From Oligoflexales bacterium (GTDB lineage Bacteria > Bdellovibrionota_B > Oligoflexia > Oligoflexales > CAIYRB01), in assembly GCA_041736175.1 (NCBI GenBank), contig JBGSUI010000246.1, positions 32,001 to 96,000 of the forward strand: a stretch of DNA of 64,000 bases, written 5' to 3'. Positions 38,987-49,823 of the stretch are shown one piece after another (within the stretch, counting starts at the first letter, position 1; every line of letters begins with the position of its first letter). The notes beneath the pieces are model-generated. The model ran no database searches and was not told the origin of the DNA. It was given only the letters and a program-made list of their open reading frames with translations. Position numbers and translations under genes: made by a program.

Positions 38987-39063
38987 TGGTGGGGTTACAC
39001 AGATTCGAACTGTGGACCTTTCGCGTGTGAAGCGAACGCTCTAACCAACTGAGCTATAACCCC
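38987..39063 (-). tRNA. tRNA-Val(CAC)
   Basis: Reverse complement GGGGTTATAGCTCAGTTGG...TTCGC-TTCACAC-GCGAA...GTTCGAATC...TAACCCCACCA. Confidence 0.96.
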
Positions 39064-39279
39064 AGAAATAAGTCACTCATACTTTAACCAAGCGGGGTTA
39101 AAAGTCACCTACAAAATCGAGTCTTCAGGTTTTTTTTAGGTGGTTTATCAGTCCATCAAATTAATATCAACCTTTGATAAAAGGAACGAGATCTGCACTA
39201 ACTGACGCCACGAAGCGCGGCATTTCTCACTATTTTTTGCAGTTATCCCTGAAAAAGTCAGATTCCAAGCAAATTATTG

Positions 39280-39295
39280 TGGCACTAAAGTTGCA
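39280..39295 (+). promoter_or_regulatory. Sigma54 (-24/-12) promoter
   Basis: TGGCAC-TAAAG-TTGCA, an exact match to TGGCAC-N5-TTGCW, about 65 nt before ATG 39359. Confidence 0.75.
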
Positions 39296-39358
39296 TTTCA
39301 GTAGTCAGTTATATAAAGATTTCGTAAAATGTCGCAAATCCAATTGCAAGGAGGCGTT

Positions 39359-40147
39359 ATGCAAGCACCAAGATCGAGTCGTCTACGTAACAGTGTGTGT
39401 GGGAGTATTTTCGCAGCGGGAGTGGTTTTAGGGTTGGCCCCGGCCTTTGGACAATCGACTCCCACCTTGGTAAAAGCACCAGTCGAAAAAATCTTTGTAC
39501 CTCTGGGGTTCGATACCAATGACAATATCGAAGTCTTTTATCATGGTCATTTCCCCAACAGCTGCTACAAAACCGGACCGGCCAAGGCGGTCGTAGATGC
39601 TGCCACCAAGACGATTTCCGTTCAGGCTTCTGCCTACTACTATGCGGGCTCCTTTTGCGCCCAGATGTTGGTTCCCTTTGACGGCAGCGTTAAACTAGGG
39701 TTTATGCCAGAAGGCGAATATACTGTCGCTATCGATGGAGATACCCAAGTCACAGAGGCAGCCTTAAACATCAAGATCGCGAATTCTCCAGATCCGGATG
39801 ATTTTCTTTATGCCCCCGTCGATTCAGTTTCGATCGGCAACGACCTGGGAACCGAAGCGGACAACATGATTAAAGTGGAGGGTGAATATCCCTACATGTT
39901 TATTGGCTGCATGGTTATGAAAGATCTCAGGACCAGTTTAACTCCTGGAAATGTGTTGGTGGTTCAGCCCATCGCCGAGCTAGTGGATGGCCCTGCATGC
40001 CTTGCACAAGCAGACAATAAAAAGTTCAGCTTTACTAAACCACTCGGTTTTGTCCCCAAAAAAGAGGAGTATTTAGTCCATGCCCGATCGACTTCGGGAA
40101 CGTCCATTAATAAAGTGGTTGATTTCCGATCCTTCAATTCTAAATAA
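39359..40147 (+). CDS. Secreted hypothetical protein with two Cys-paired beta domains
   Basis: AAGGAGG ribosome-binding site, signal peptide, PLGFDTNDN, GHFPNSCY. Confidence 0.7.
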   Translation: MQAPRSSRLRNSVCGSIFAAGVVLGLAPAFGQSTPTLVKAPVEKIFVPLGFDTNDNIEVFYHGHFPNSCYKTGPAKAVVDAATKTISVQASAYYYAGSFCAQMLVPFDGSVKLGFMPEGEYTVAIDGDTQVTEAALNIKIANSPDPDDFLYAPVDSVSIGNDLGTEADNMIKVEGEYPYMFIGCMVMKDLRTSLTPGNVLVVQPIAELVDGPACLAQADNKKFSFTKPLGFVPKKEEYLVHARSTSGTSINKVVDFRSFNSK

Positions 40148-40177
40148 GGTATGTAGATTTTAAGCACTCTAGATACG

Positions 40178-40213
40178 GAAACGCGGCGCTGTCTAAAAAC
40201 AGCGCCGCGTTTC
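40178..40213. terminator. Bidirectional terminator between convergent genes
   Basis: Perfect 15-bp stem GAAACGCGGCGCTGT/ACAGCGCCGCGTTTC. Confidence 0.85.
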
Positions 40214-40236
40214 GTTTGCGGATTCTTACACAGAAC

Positions 40237-41925
<1,689 letters not shown>

Positions 41926-41979
41926 CTACTCTAAGACCTATCGAGGAGTTGTCAAGATCCTTGCCGGAAAGAGTCTAGT

Positions 41980-43233
41980 TCATGGAAAATTTTGCTCTTG
42001 GTGAAGATGCAGGGGATGATGGCAACTCGGCCCCTTCTCGATGACGACTTCTTGGCCTGTACTCAGATCGGTGAAAACGATGCCACCGGACTCCTTCGGA
42101 CTCGTTCCCACGAGGCTAAGGCCCGAATTACTGAGGGTATTTCGCTTTTTGTCAAAGTTTTCGCTCCAAGAACTGTATAGACTCCCATCAATGCCTTCCT
42201 CATTGACGGAAAGCTCGCCTTTTAGGCGATTGATCTGTTCTTTTCTTTCATCCACAGTGGGGTGGCTATCAATGGGAAAAAAGAAATCCATCACAACATC
42301 TTCGGGAATTTGTAGCTGGTCGCCTTCCTTTAGGTCTCTAGCAGATCTAATGCGCTGGGTGCTCGGTCGATCCTTCGTCGAGCCTTTTTGGAGAAAACTC
42401 ACGATTTTCTTCGAAAATTGATCGGGGCTTAAGCCCATATAGGCGCAGATTTTGGCGCCTACCACATCGGCTTCTGCTTCCTGCCGTTTATAATAGGTGC
42501 TGATCTCTGGAGTGGATTGGTCCCACTTATCCCGCAGGGACAAGTAGGTTGAGGACCTGTGGGTGTAAACTTTAGTATTCAGATTGTATTGCCTTGCCAT
42601 GTACTGATCGATTTGTCGATTGATTTCAGTTGGGATCAATTCTCGGGATTTTTTAACACTTTTGTAAGCATGGTTGCGGGCACCGTGGGCCACTTCATGG
42701 CAAACCACCGACAAGACTTCGTCAGCCGATCCCTTGGTGATTGTTCCCGTATGCATCCCTATTTGGTAGTCTAACGTCATCAGGGCATTGAGGGAATTAT
42801 CGGCGATGACAGTGGCCTTAAACTGCCTGCCAGGCTTTAACGCGCTGAGCTTCATGGACCGATTGGCGACATCCGCTACAAAATTAGCAAACTCCTGGGA
42901 GTTTCGAGCGCTTTTAAGGGCCAATCCACCAGAGACTGCTGCCGAGACTCTAGGCTCTACCAGGGGTTCTAATCCTTCTAAATCTTTCTTTTTTAGGATG
43001 TATTCAGCCAGTTTTGACTCATCAAAGACCTGGGGGGTCGGCTTTGGATCACTGGTTGGATTTTCGTCGCCACCGTCACTTTTAGGGTCAGCTTTGGGTG
43101 AATCGGGAGACTCTTCTTCTGCAGTCTTTCTGATTTCCCTGGACCTAGGGTCATTGGACTTGCTTCCACAGGACAGGAATAGTCCCAAAAAAATAAAGTA
43201 ACTTATTGTCATAAATAGTTTTTTTGTGGTCAT
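41980..43233 (-). CDS. M48-family zinc metallopeptidase lipoprotein
   Basis: FLSC lipobox, CHEVAH, QEAEAD, SHPTVDER. Confidence 0.82.
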   Translation of the reverse strand: MTTKKLFMTISYFIFLGLFLSCGSKSNDPRSREIRKTAEEESPDSPKADPKSDGGDENPTSDPKPTPQVFDESKLAEYILKKKDLEGLEPLVEPRVSAAVSGGLALKSARNSQEFANFVADVANRSMKLSALKPGRQFKATVIADNSLNALMTLDYQIGMHTGTITKGSADEVLSVVCHEVAHGARNHAYKSVKKSRELIPTEINRQIDQYMARQYNLNTKVYTHRSSTYLSLRDKWDQSTPEISTYYKRQEAEADVVGAKICAYMGLSPDQFSKKIVSFLQKGSTKDRPSTQRIRSARDLKEGDQLQIPEDVVMDFFFPIDSHPTVDERKEQINRLKGELSVNEEGIDGSLYSSWSENFDKKRNTLSNSGLSLVGTSPKESGGIVFTDLSTGQEVVIEKGPSCHHPLHLHQEQNFP

Positions 43234-43430
43234 AGAGTCCCTTCGTCGAGGCAGGGTTTTTTCTGGGACCTTGTCCCCATGTTTTAAATGCAAGAATCAC
43301 ACACGTTCAATTTATATTAAAAGTTATTTATTTCAAGATGTTGCTCAAGGTCCGTAGAAGTCGGGTTGGCTAAAGAATGTACAATGGTGCAATTCTTTTC
43401 AAAAAAAAATATATTTAATATAAAAAAATA

Positions 43431-44513
43431 ATGAATTTAGATTCAAATGATGTTATAAGAAAACTCCAAACGGTTTTTATAGAGGTTGTTTTTATGACTC
43501 GATTTCAAGATAATCAACAGCTCGTGCAACCACCCTCGACCATACTGGCCGCAAAGATCTTTCATTCGATGCGACCGTTGATCGAGGCAGCCATCGATTT
43601 GATGCCCCAAGGGACACGGCCGAGAAAGCTCATGGATGAGTTGGTTTTGTCGGAATTTCAGGTGAAAAATACCCCCCTGAAAAATACCTATCAGAACCAG
43701 ACGCCTATGATGAGAGAGAGTCAACAGCTTTTACTCGCCCAGAAGGCACTGGAAAAAAACGGTCTCTTTAAGAATGGTCAAAAAAATACAAAAAGCGATT
43801 CCGAAGAGTCGGATACAAACCAAGCTCCAACACCTCAAGCTCCAACGGTCAAAGCTTCCTCAGGACCAGCGCCTAAGCGTGGCCGACCCAAAAAGCTAAA
43901 AGCCTCCACACCACCCGGATTAAAGCGAGGTCGCAAACCGGGCCTCTACACGGTCGGAGACGAGTCCTTGACCCTCTCTGAATGGGTCGAAAGAACAGGC
44001 GTAGGATATGCGACCTTACTCAAAAGACTCAAAGAAGGTGTCCCACTCGATGCACCAAAGGCAAAGGTTGGACGCAAACCTCTTTTAAAATCTGTACTGA
44101 ATGAAACACCACTCTTTGGAGACACCGCAGGCGAAGAGTCCCCCGATCTTGCCTTTATGAGTACCAAGGCTAGTGAATCAACCCTTGAGGGCCAGAGTCC
44201 CTTGTTAGTCCCGACGCCTTCACGGGGCAGACCGCCAAAATACCCACCGCTCACCTGGCGCGGGGAGACCAAATCCCTTAAAGCTTGGTCCGACGAGACG
44301 GGGATCAGCGTAGCGACAATCATGGCCCGGATTGGTCGAGGGTGGACTTCTGAAATGACGCTTTCCATGGCCCCCTTAAAAAGAGGCCGTCGAGGACCAA
44401 AAAGGATCAAGCCTGTCCTTAATTCTCGGACCTATTTTGCTCCCCATAAGTCTGAGGCAGATGAAAAACCCAAAGTTATTTTGCGACGTAAAGTGGATAT
44501 AGAGCTGGGATAG
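43431..44513 (+). CDS. Putative DNA-binding protein with AT-hooks and two HTH-like repeats
   Basis: PKRGRPKK, KRGRKP, SRGRPP, KRGRR; repeats LTLSEWVERTGVGYATLLKRLKEG and KSLKAWSDETGISVATIMARIGRGW. Confidence 0.7.
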   Translation: MNLDSNDVIRKLQTVFIEVVFMTRFQDNQQLVQPPSTILAAKIFHSMRPLIEAAIDLMPQGTRPRKLMDELVLSEFQVKNTPLKNTYQNQTPMMRESQQLLLAQKALEKNGLFKNGQKNTKSDSEESDTNQAPTPQAPTVKASSGPAPKRGRPKKLKASTPPGLKRGRKPGLYTVGDESLTLSEWVERTGVGYATLLKRLKEGVPLDAPKAKVGRKPLLKSVLNETPLFGDTAGEESPDLAFMSTKASESTLEGQSPLLVPTPSRGRPPKYPPLTWRGETKSLKAWSDETGISVATIMARIGRGWTSEMTLSMAPLKRGRRGPKRIKPVLNSRTYFAPHKSEADEKPKVILRRKVDIELG

Positions 44514-44528
44514 TAAACAAAAAATAAA

Positions 44529-45689
44529 TTATTTTTTGTCCTTGTTGGCACTGTTCTTAACAGCATTTTGATATCCGGATGCTTGTTTAAGTTTTATGTT
44601 AAGTTCGTTTTTGGGGTTTTGATCGTCCAGAAAAGGATTGACCCAGTTCATCGCCGAAGGTGGGGCTGTTAAAAAAGATGAGCCTTGATTGGCTGTAGCT
44701 CCAGGTGAAACCGTGGAAGAAGTCTCTTCTGGGGCGAGGGCAAAGCTGGTCTCTGGCTCCAACGTAGCACTTACGGCGACAGCTTCGGGGGGCTGTAGAG
44801 GCTTTGTCTTGTCGGAGACCAGGGTGGCATGATGAACCTGATTTTCTTGATCTATAGGTTTCTGTTTTGGTCCGCTTGCTTTGGTTTTGTCATCTTCATG
44901 ATGATCTCTGCGGGCAGAATTTTGTAGGGATTCTTGGAAATTTTTTGCTTTTCCTCGCTTATCCGCTAGTTTTTCCGAGGCTTTTGATCCCGAGTCTTCG
45001 CCTCTTGCAATGTCTAAATCCAGACTTGCCAGAACGCTCCCAAAAGCAACTTCGGCACGAGACTCTGGCCTAACGTCTTTCTCGGGCTTGGATTCTTTGG
45101 TCTGGTGAACCAGCAGGTGCTGAAATCTTTGAAACAGGTACAGGCCACCGGCGGCTGCAAAAAACCCGACGGGGATAAGCCAAACCCAGATTGTAGAGCC
45201 TTCAGACTCCCCTTCGTCGAAGGAGAGTTCCCCGTCCTGATTGTTTTCGATTTTATGTTTAGACTTGGATGGCTTCTCAGCCTTGGCTTTTTTTGTGGTT
45301 TCGGCACCGGGCTTTGCTCCAAGCCCCGAAGGCTTATTTGCGGGGGGTTTCGGATCCACCTTAAGAGGTTTTGCGGACGGAGTTGGGAGCTTGGCGGAGC
45401 TAGGTGGTAGTTTGGTATCTGATTTCAAATTTTTTGGTGCGGGCGGAGATTTTTTACTTGGAGACTGGGTTTTTGCGGGGAGCTTTTTCGAGGGCTTTTT
45501 AATGGATTGCGAACCCGACGGGCTTTTAATTGGCTTTGTAACGGCAGAACTTTTGGAGTTTACTCCCTTAGCTCCTTGAGATTGGGCGAGTGCTCCCGAA
45601 TCATTTAAGGCAAAGTTTAAAAAGATAAAAGACAAAAGGATTGTAACTCCCTTTTCTTTAATCCAAGTATTTGAAAAATGTAAGGTCAT
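44529..45689 (-). CDS. Low-complexity K/P/S-rich single-pass membrane protein
   Basis: Signal peptide, Lys/Pro/Ser-rich region, TM segment IWVWLIPVGFFAAAGGLYLF. Confidence 0.65.
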   Translation of the reverse strand: MTLHFSNTWIKEKGVTILLSFIFLNFALNDSGALAQSQGAKGVNSKSSAVTKPIKSPSGSQSIKKPSKKLPAKTQSPSKKSPPAPKNLKSDTKLPPSSAKLPTPSAKPLKVDPKPPANKPSGLGAKPGAETTKKAKAEKPSKSKHKIENNQDGELSFDEGESEGSTIWVWLIPVGFFAAAGGLYLFQRFQHLLVHQTKESKPEKDVRPESRAEVAFGSVLASLDLDIARGEDSGSKASEKLADKRGKAKNFQESLQNSARRDHHEDDKTKASGPKQKPIDQENQVHHATLVSDKTKPLQPPEAVAVSATLEPETSFALAPEETSSTVSPGATANQGSSFLTAPPSAMNWVNPFLDDQNPKNELNIKLKQASGYQNAVKNSANKDKK

Positions 45690-45851
45690 TTAGCAACGTC
45701 CAAAATGCAAATAGAATCTCTACACCCTTTCCTAGTCATCGGTTGGAGCCGAAAAAAAATTAAGGATTTACTTCTCTTTGAATCTTGTAGTCTATTAACT
45801 ATATGAATTTATGGGTAATTATCCATACTAAGTGCGTCCCAGTGGGAGGGT

Positions 45852-46874
45852 TTAATTGGTCGGACCGACACTGAGGATTGGCCCCATTTTATCTTGGCAG
45901 ACTAACCTCACTTCGACAGCTTCCTTAAGGTCATTCAGGATATTGGCTTGGAGGCATCTAGAAAAAGCGCCCCCTTGGGTTTTGCACTCATAGCGGCGAT
46001 CATCAAGGGCGCAGTCTGACTCTCTCACCGGAAAGAGATAAAAGCGGCTTGATTGATCCTTTAAATAGGTGAGTTTTAAAAACTCGTAATCTTCGGTGAC
46101 CGCATCGATAGCAACAACCAATCTCGGCCCGATGGTGTCTTTGCAACGAGCTTCGAATTCTACACTTTGGCGGCCAAGGGACTGGGACTCAGGGGCAAGC
46201 GTTAAGGACTGATTAGTATTGCAGAGTGTCCAAGGGTTGTTTGTGGAGGGGCTTCCAAATCGACAAAAAACCACCACATCAGCGGGACAGCTTTTGGGAT
46301 CCTTTACTTGAAAAGTAAAGTCGGTTTTTAATTTCTGTTTTAAGATGATCGGTTGGTTAGGAAAAAGTAAATCGTGAGTATCCTGTTTGACGGATAATAG
46401 CTTGAGAGAAAGTGGATTCTCTGCCTCACTCATCATATCAGCAACAGGGCCGCTGGTTTTGAGGTCATCGACTTTAAAGCTTGCGGAGACTCCCTGGGCC
46501 ACGATTTTAGCTTCCATGAGAGCAAATACTTTAAGCTGGTATTCCCCCACTTGGGATGGGGTTTTAAGGATCAAACCATCGACACAGCCATCTATGGGTT
46601 GTCCAGAAAGATCACATTCAAACCGAGATAGAGCCGGCGCATTTTTGATTTGTAAAACCAGAGATCCGACACCCGAGATGATAGGCAACTTAGAGGGCGT
46701 TAGAATAACCTCAAGCAAAGGCAAATCGCCAATCTTCGCCATGACCTCTTGAGATTCTCTTATTTCGATAGTCGCTGCTGCTGGCTGTTTATCTGATTTT
46801 TTTTGAAAGATTTCGCAGCCAATTCCCACCAAAAACAAGGGAGTCAATATTAGAGTTTGATATTTGCGTTTCAT
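45852..46874 (-). CDS. Hypothetical Cys-rich lipoprotein with repeated beta modules
   Basis: GIGC lipobox; repeated (F/Y)EC...C pattern. Confidence 0.65.
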   Translation of the reverse strand: MKRKYQTLILTPLFLVGIGCEIFQKKSDKQPAAATIEIRESQEVMAKIGDLPLLEVILTPSKLPIISGVGSLVLQIKNAPALSRFECDLSGQPIDGCVDGLILKTPSQVGEYQLKVFALMEAKIVAQGVSASFKVDDLKTSGPVADMMSEAENPLSLKLLSVKQDTHDLLFPNQPIILKQKLKTDFTFQVKDPKSCPADVVVFCRFGSPSTNNPWTLCNTNQSLTLAPESQSLGRQSVEFEARCKDTIGPRLVVAIDAVTEDYEFLKLTYLKDQSSRFYLFPVRESDCALDDRRYECKTQGGAFSRCLQANILNDLKEAVEVRLVCQDKMGPILSVGPTN

Positions 46875-46884
46875 ATCGGTGTTC

Positions 46885-48468
46885 CTATTGGTTTTGAGAA
46901 TCTAAAGTCAGCAGCCCGTATCCTTGAAATTGAGTGTCGGGGACCTTAACAATCGACCCACGTGGTACGGGGACTCTGTCACGATGCATGTGTGATGACA
47001 GGTCTAGGTTGAGTTCTCTAAACTGGGATGAGGTCACGCTAAACTGATTTTTTAGGGTGCTGGCATAGGTTGGCTGGGCGAGTCGAATACTTCTATAGGT
47101 CAGGGGAGCTACCTTGGGAAGGGAGGGAAAGTATCGATCCTTATCCTTGAGAGTCGCCAGCATTCCTAAAAAACTTGCATAGAAATTTTTAGAGGCAAAC
47201 CCAAAAGCTGGCCGCTTGTAAGTGGTGATCAGTGTCGACAGGTCTTCAGAACCCGTGGATCGGACTGCCCTCTGGATACCTCCTGCTCCGTGATTATATG
47301 CGGTGATCGCAAGAGGCCAAGATCTAGTCACCCGAAAGTTTTCTTTTAAAATCATAGCGGCAACCCTGCCAGCTTTGATGGGGTCATTTCGCTCGTCGAT
47401 ACCACCTCCAATCTTAAGACCAAATTGCCGGCCCGTTTCTGGCATGATTTGGTAGGCGCCCGAGGCTCCTACTTTGGAATAGGCTCTGGTATTAAAAGAA
47501 GACTCTATAAAGGCAATCCGCGACAACTCCACAGGGATGTTTAGCGCCTCAAATTCCAGCTCAATCCCAGGGAGATATTTGGGAGCCGTATGGAGACCTC
47601 TCTCGATGTAGTCTCTTTGTCCTTTTTGGAGACGAATCCTTTGAGCTGCTTTTAGATATTTATCTGGGTCCTTGATATGAGACATGGCCTGTGCGATCCG
47701 GTCCATGGCGTAGGAAAAGGACTCCGGACGATTTCGTTGTTTATGCATTTTCTGGAGCAAATGTACATATATTTTCTTGTGGTTTCCTGAGATTTTTTTA
47801 ATCATATTTTCTTTGACATAGGAATCAAATTTGTCTGGTGCTTGCGACACATCAAACACTGCCAATACAACCTCAGGCCACTCCGAAAGGTGGAGGACAT
47901 ACTGATGGGATCCCCAGGTGGAGTAGATACGGCGCCAAAAATTAAAGCGACGAGCGAGCGTTGGACTTACTGTGAAATGATCGGTGATCGTCACGGGTAA
48001 TTGTTCCCGACGTTGGGCTTCGGGACTACAAAATTGATATTGGGTTGATACATATCCAGAACGATTAATCTCTATAGGAAAACACTCGGGTGCGCGTCTA
48101 ATCAGGGAGGTCTGAATCTCAAAAGCCAAGGAGTCTTTTTCGATAAGTGCAACCGAGGTTTCGAATTGTGCTTTCTTTAACATTCTTTTAGCCATGAGCT
48201 GCAATTTAGGCGCAAAAAATAGAATGCACAGCAGAAACGTCGAAAAAATAAGAAAAATCACGGGACCTATCCCCCCCTGGTGCCTTTGTGGTGTAGGAGA
48301 TTTGAGGATGTAGATGTTTTTTCTTACTTTCAAAGTCTTTAGCCTTTTGTCGGAACCAGCAATGTAGGAGGCAGCGGCAGCGCGAACGGGACTTCGCAAG
48401 AGAGAAGCAAGCAAAGACCATGCCCTGGGGTAGTATCTGCAAAAATCCAAATGATTGCGGGGACTCAT
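46885..48468 (-). CDS. MltD-like lytic transglycosylase (start uncertain)
   Basis: IESSF, SKVGASGAYQIM, DERNDP, LAITAYNHG; degenerate LysM-like C-terminus. Confidence 0.88.
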   Translation of the reverse strand: MSPRNHLDFCRYYPRAWSLLASLLRSPVRAAAASYIAGSDKRLKTLKVRKNIYILKSPTPQRHQGGIGPVIFLIFSTFLLCILFFAPKLQLMAKRMLKKAQFETSVALIEKDSLAFEIQTSLIRRAPECFPIEINRSGYVSTQYQFCSPEAQRREQLPVTITDHFTVSPTLARRFNFWRRIYSTWGSHQYVLHLSEWPEVVLAVFDVSQAPDKFDSYVKENMIKKISGNHKKIYVHLLQKMHKQRNRPESFSYAMDRIAQAMSHIKDPDKYLKAAQRIRLQKGQRDYIERGLHTAPKYLPGIELEFEALNIPVELSRIAFIESSFNTRAYSKVGASGAYQIMPETGRQFGLKIGGGIDERNDPIKAGRVAAMILKENFRVTRSWPLAITAYNHGAGGIQRAVRSTGSEDLSTLITTYKRPAFGFASKNFYASFLGMLATLKDKDRYFPSLPKVAPLTYRSIRLAQPTYASTLKNQFSVTSSQFRELNLDLSSHMHRDRVPVPRGSIVKVPDTQFQGYGLLTLDSQNQ

Positions 48469-48656
48469 GCTCCAAACAGGATACAGCTTTAAACCTGGAT
48501 AGCGATTATTGGCTACAGGTGTCTAAATATTCGACACCGATGATGACCATGTTATGGTCAGTGGGGAGGTGACAATAATTTGACCATCTTTCTCAGACTT
48601 GAGGTTGGGATTATCATTTAATTGACGGCTCGTCTCATTCAAGAGAGTGATCAAAA

Positions 48657-49658
48657 ATGGCTACAAACAAATACTCCGGAGCCCAAAAAGCAGCGATCCT
48701 GTTGTTATCTTTTGGCGAAGATATAGCTGCTGAAATTTTCAAGAACATGTCCGAATTCGAAATCAAACGGATCGGTTCGGCCATGTCACGCCTGGGTAGG
48801 CTTGAGCAAGAAATCGTCGACGAAATCATGTTAGAATTCTACGAAATATTGCAGCAGAATAAAAAGTTCTTTTATGGTGGCAACGACTACACCATGAAGG
48901 TAATTGGGAGTGCTTTTAAGGGTGGCGATGCCGATGAGCTGATCGATCAACTCGCACTCGGCTCTGCGGCTAATCTTGATTCCCTCGAGCTAATCGATCC
49001 CCGAACTTTAGCAACCTTTATCCGCAACGAACACCCCCAAACCATTGCGTTGATCTTAGCCCATCTTGACGCTAAAAAATGTGGCGAAACTCTCAAACTA
49101 CTCCCCGAAGGCCTGCATACCGAAATCCTCCTGAGGATCGCCAATCTAGATGCTGTAGCCCCTGAAATCATCGACGAAATAGATGATGTCTTAAGAAACG
49201 AAATCCAAGCAATGGGGTCCATCCATACACAGAAAATCGGTGGAGTCGAGCCTATTGCTGAGATGCTTAACTTGATCGATAAGGCAACCGAAGAACAAAT
49301 CCTCGATAATCTCGAAGAAAGAGACCCAGATCTTGCCGAACAGATCCGCCAGCTCATGTTTACCTTCGACGATATCGTCAAAATCGATGATCGCGGCATC
49401 CAGGAGCTGATTAAAAACGTCAACAACGAAAAATGGAAGGTCGCCCTTAAGACTGCCTCTGAAACAGTCCGTGAGTTGGTGTTTAAAAATATGTCAGAAC
49501 GTGCCGCAAAAATGCTCCGCGAAGATATGGAGGCCATGGCCGCTGTAAAACTTTCGGATGTAGAATCGGTCCAGTTTGAAGTAGTCCAAGTCGCTAGAAA
49601 GCTTGAAGAAGAAGGTAAGATTATCATCGCCAGTGGCGGTGAAACGGCTTACGTATAA
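48657..49658 (+). CDS. fliG: Flagellar motor switch protein FliG
   Basis: GAQKAAILL, EHPQTIALIL, GGVEPIAEMLN, MFTFDD, NMSERAA. Confidence 0.97.
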   Translation: MATNKYSGAQKAAILLLSFGEDIAAEIFKNMSEFEIKRIGSAMSRLGRLEQEIVDEIMLEFYEILQQNKKFFYGGNDYTMKVIGSAFKGGDADELIDQLALGSAANLDSLELIDPRTLATFIRNEHPQTIALILAHLDAKKCGETLKLLPEGLHTEILLRIANLDAVAPEIIDEIDDVLRNEIQAMGSIHTQKIGGVEPIAEMLNLIDKATEEQILDNLEERDPDLAEQIRQLMFTFDDIVKIDDRGIQELIKNVNNEKWKVALKTASETVRELVFKNMSERAAKMLREDMEAMAAVKLSDVESVQFEVVQVARKLEEEGKIIIASGGETAYV

Positions 49659-49823
49659 GCTACAAAGAGCGGTAGTATTGTGGTCGACTGACGGGCAAAT
49701 GATTTAAAGTTTTTTATTTACACACAAAAAACCATCTAGTATTCGATCTTTAAAAAAATTTTTTAAGATTACTATATTATTTTTATCAACCCTCCCGATA
49801 GGACTACTAAGGGAGGGTCTGGT

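Noticed and set aside
38733..39063. tRNA-anchored genomic island
   Set aside because: No duplicated tRNA 3' end or integrase found elsewhere in the window
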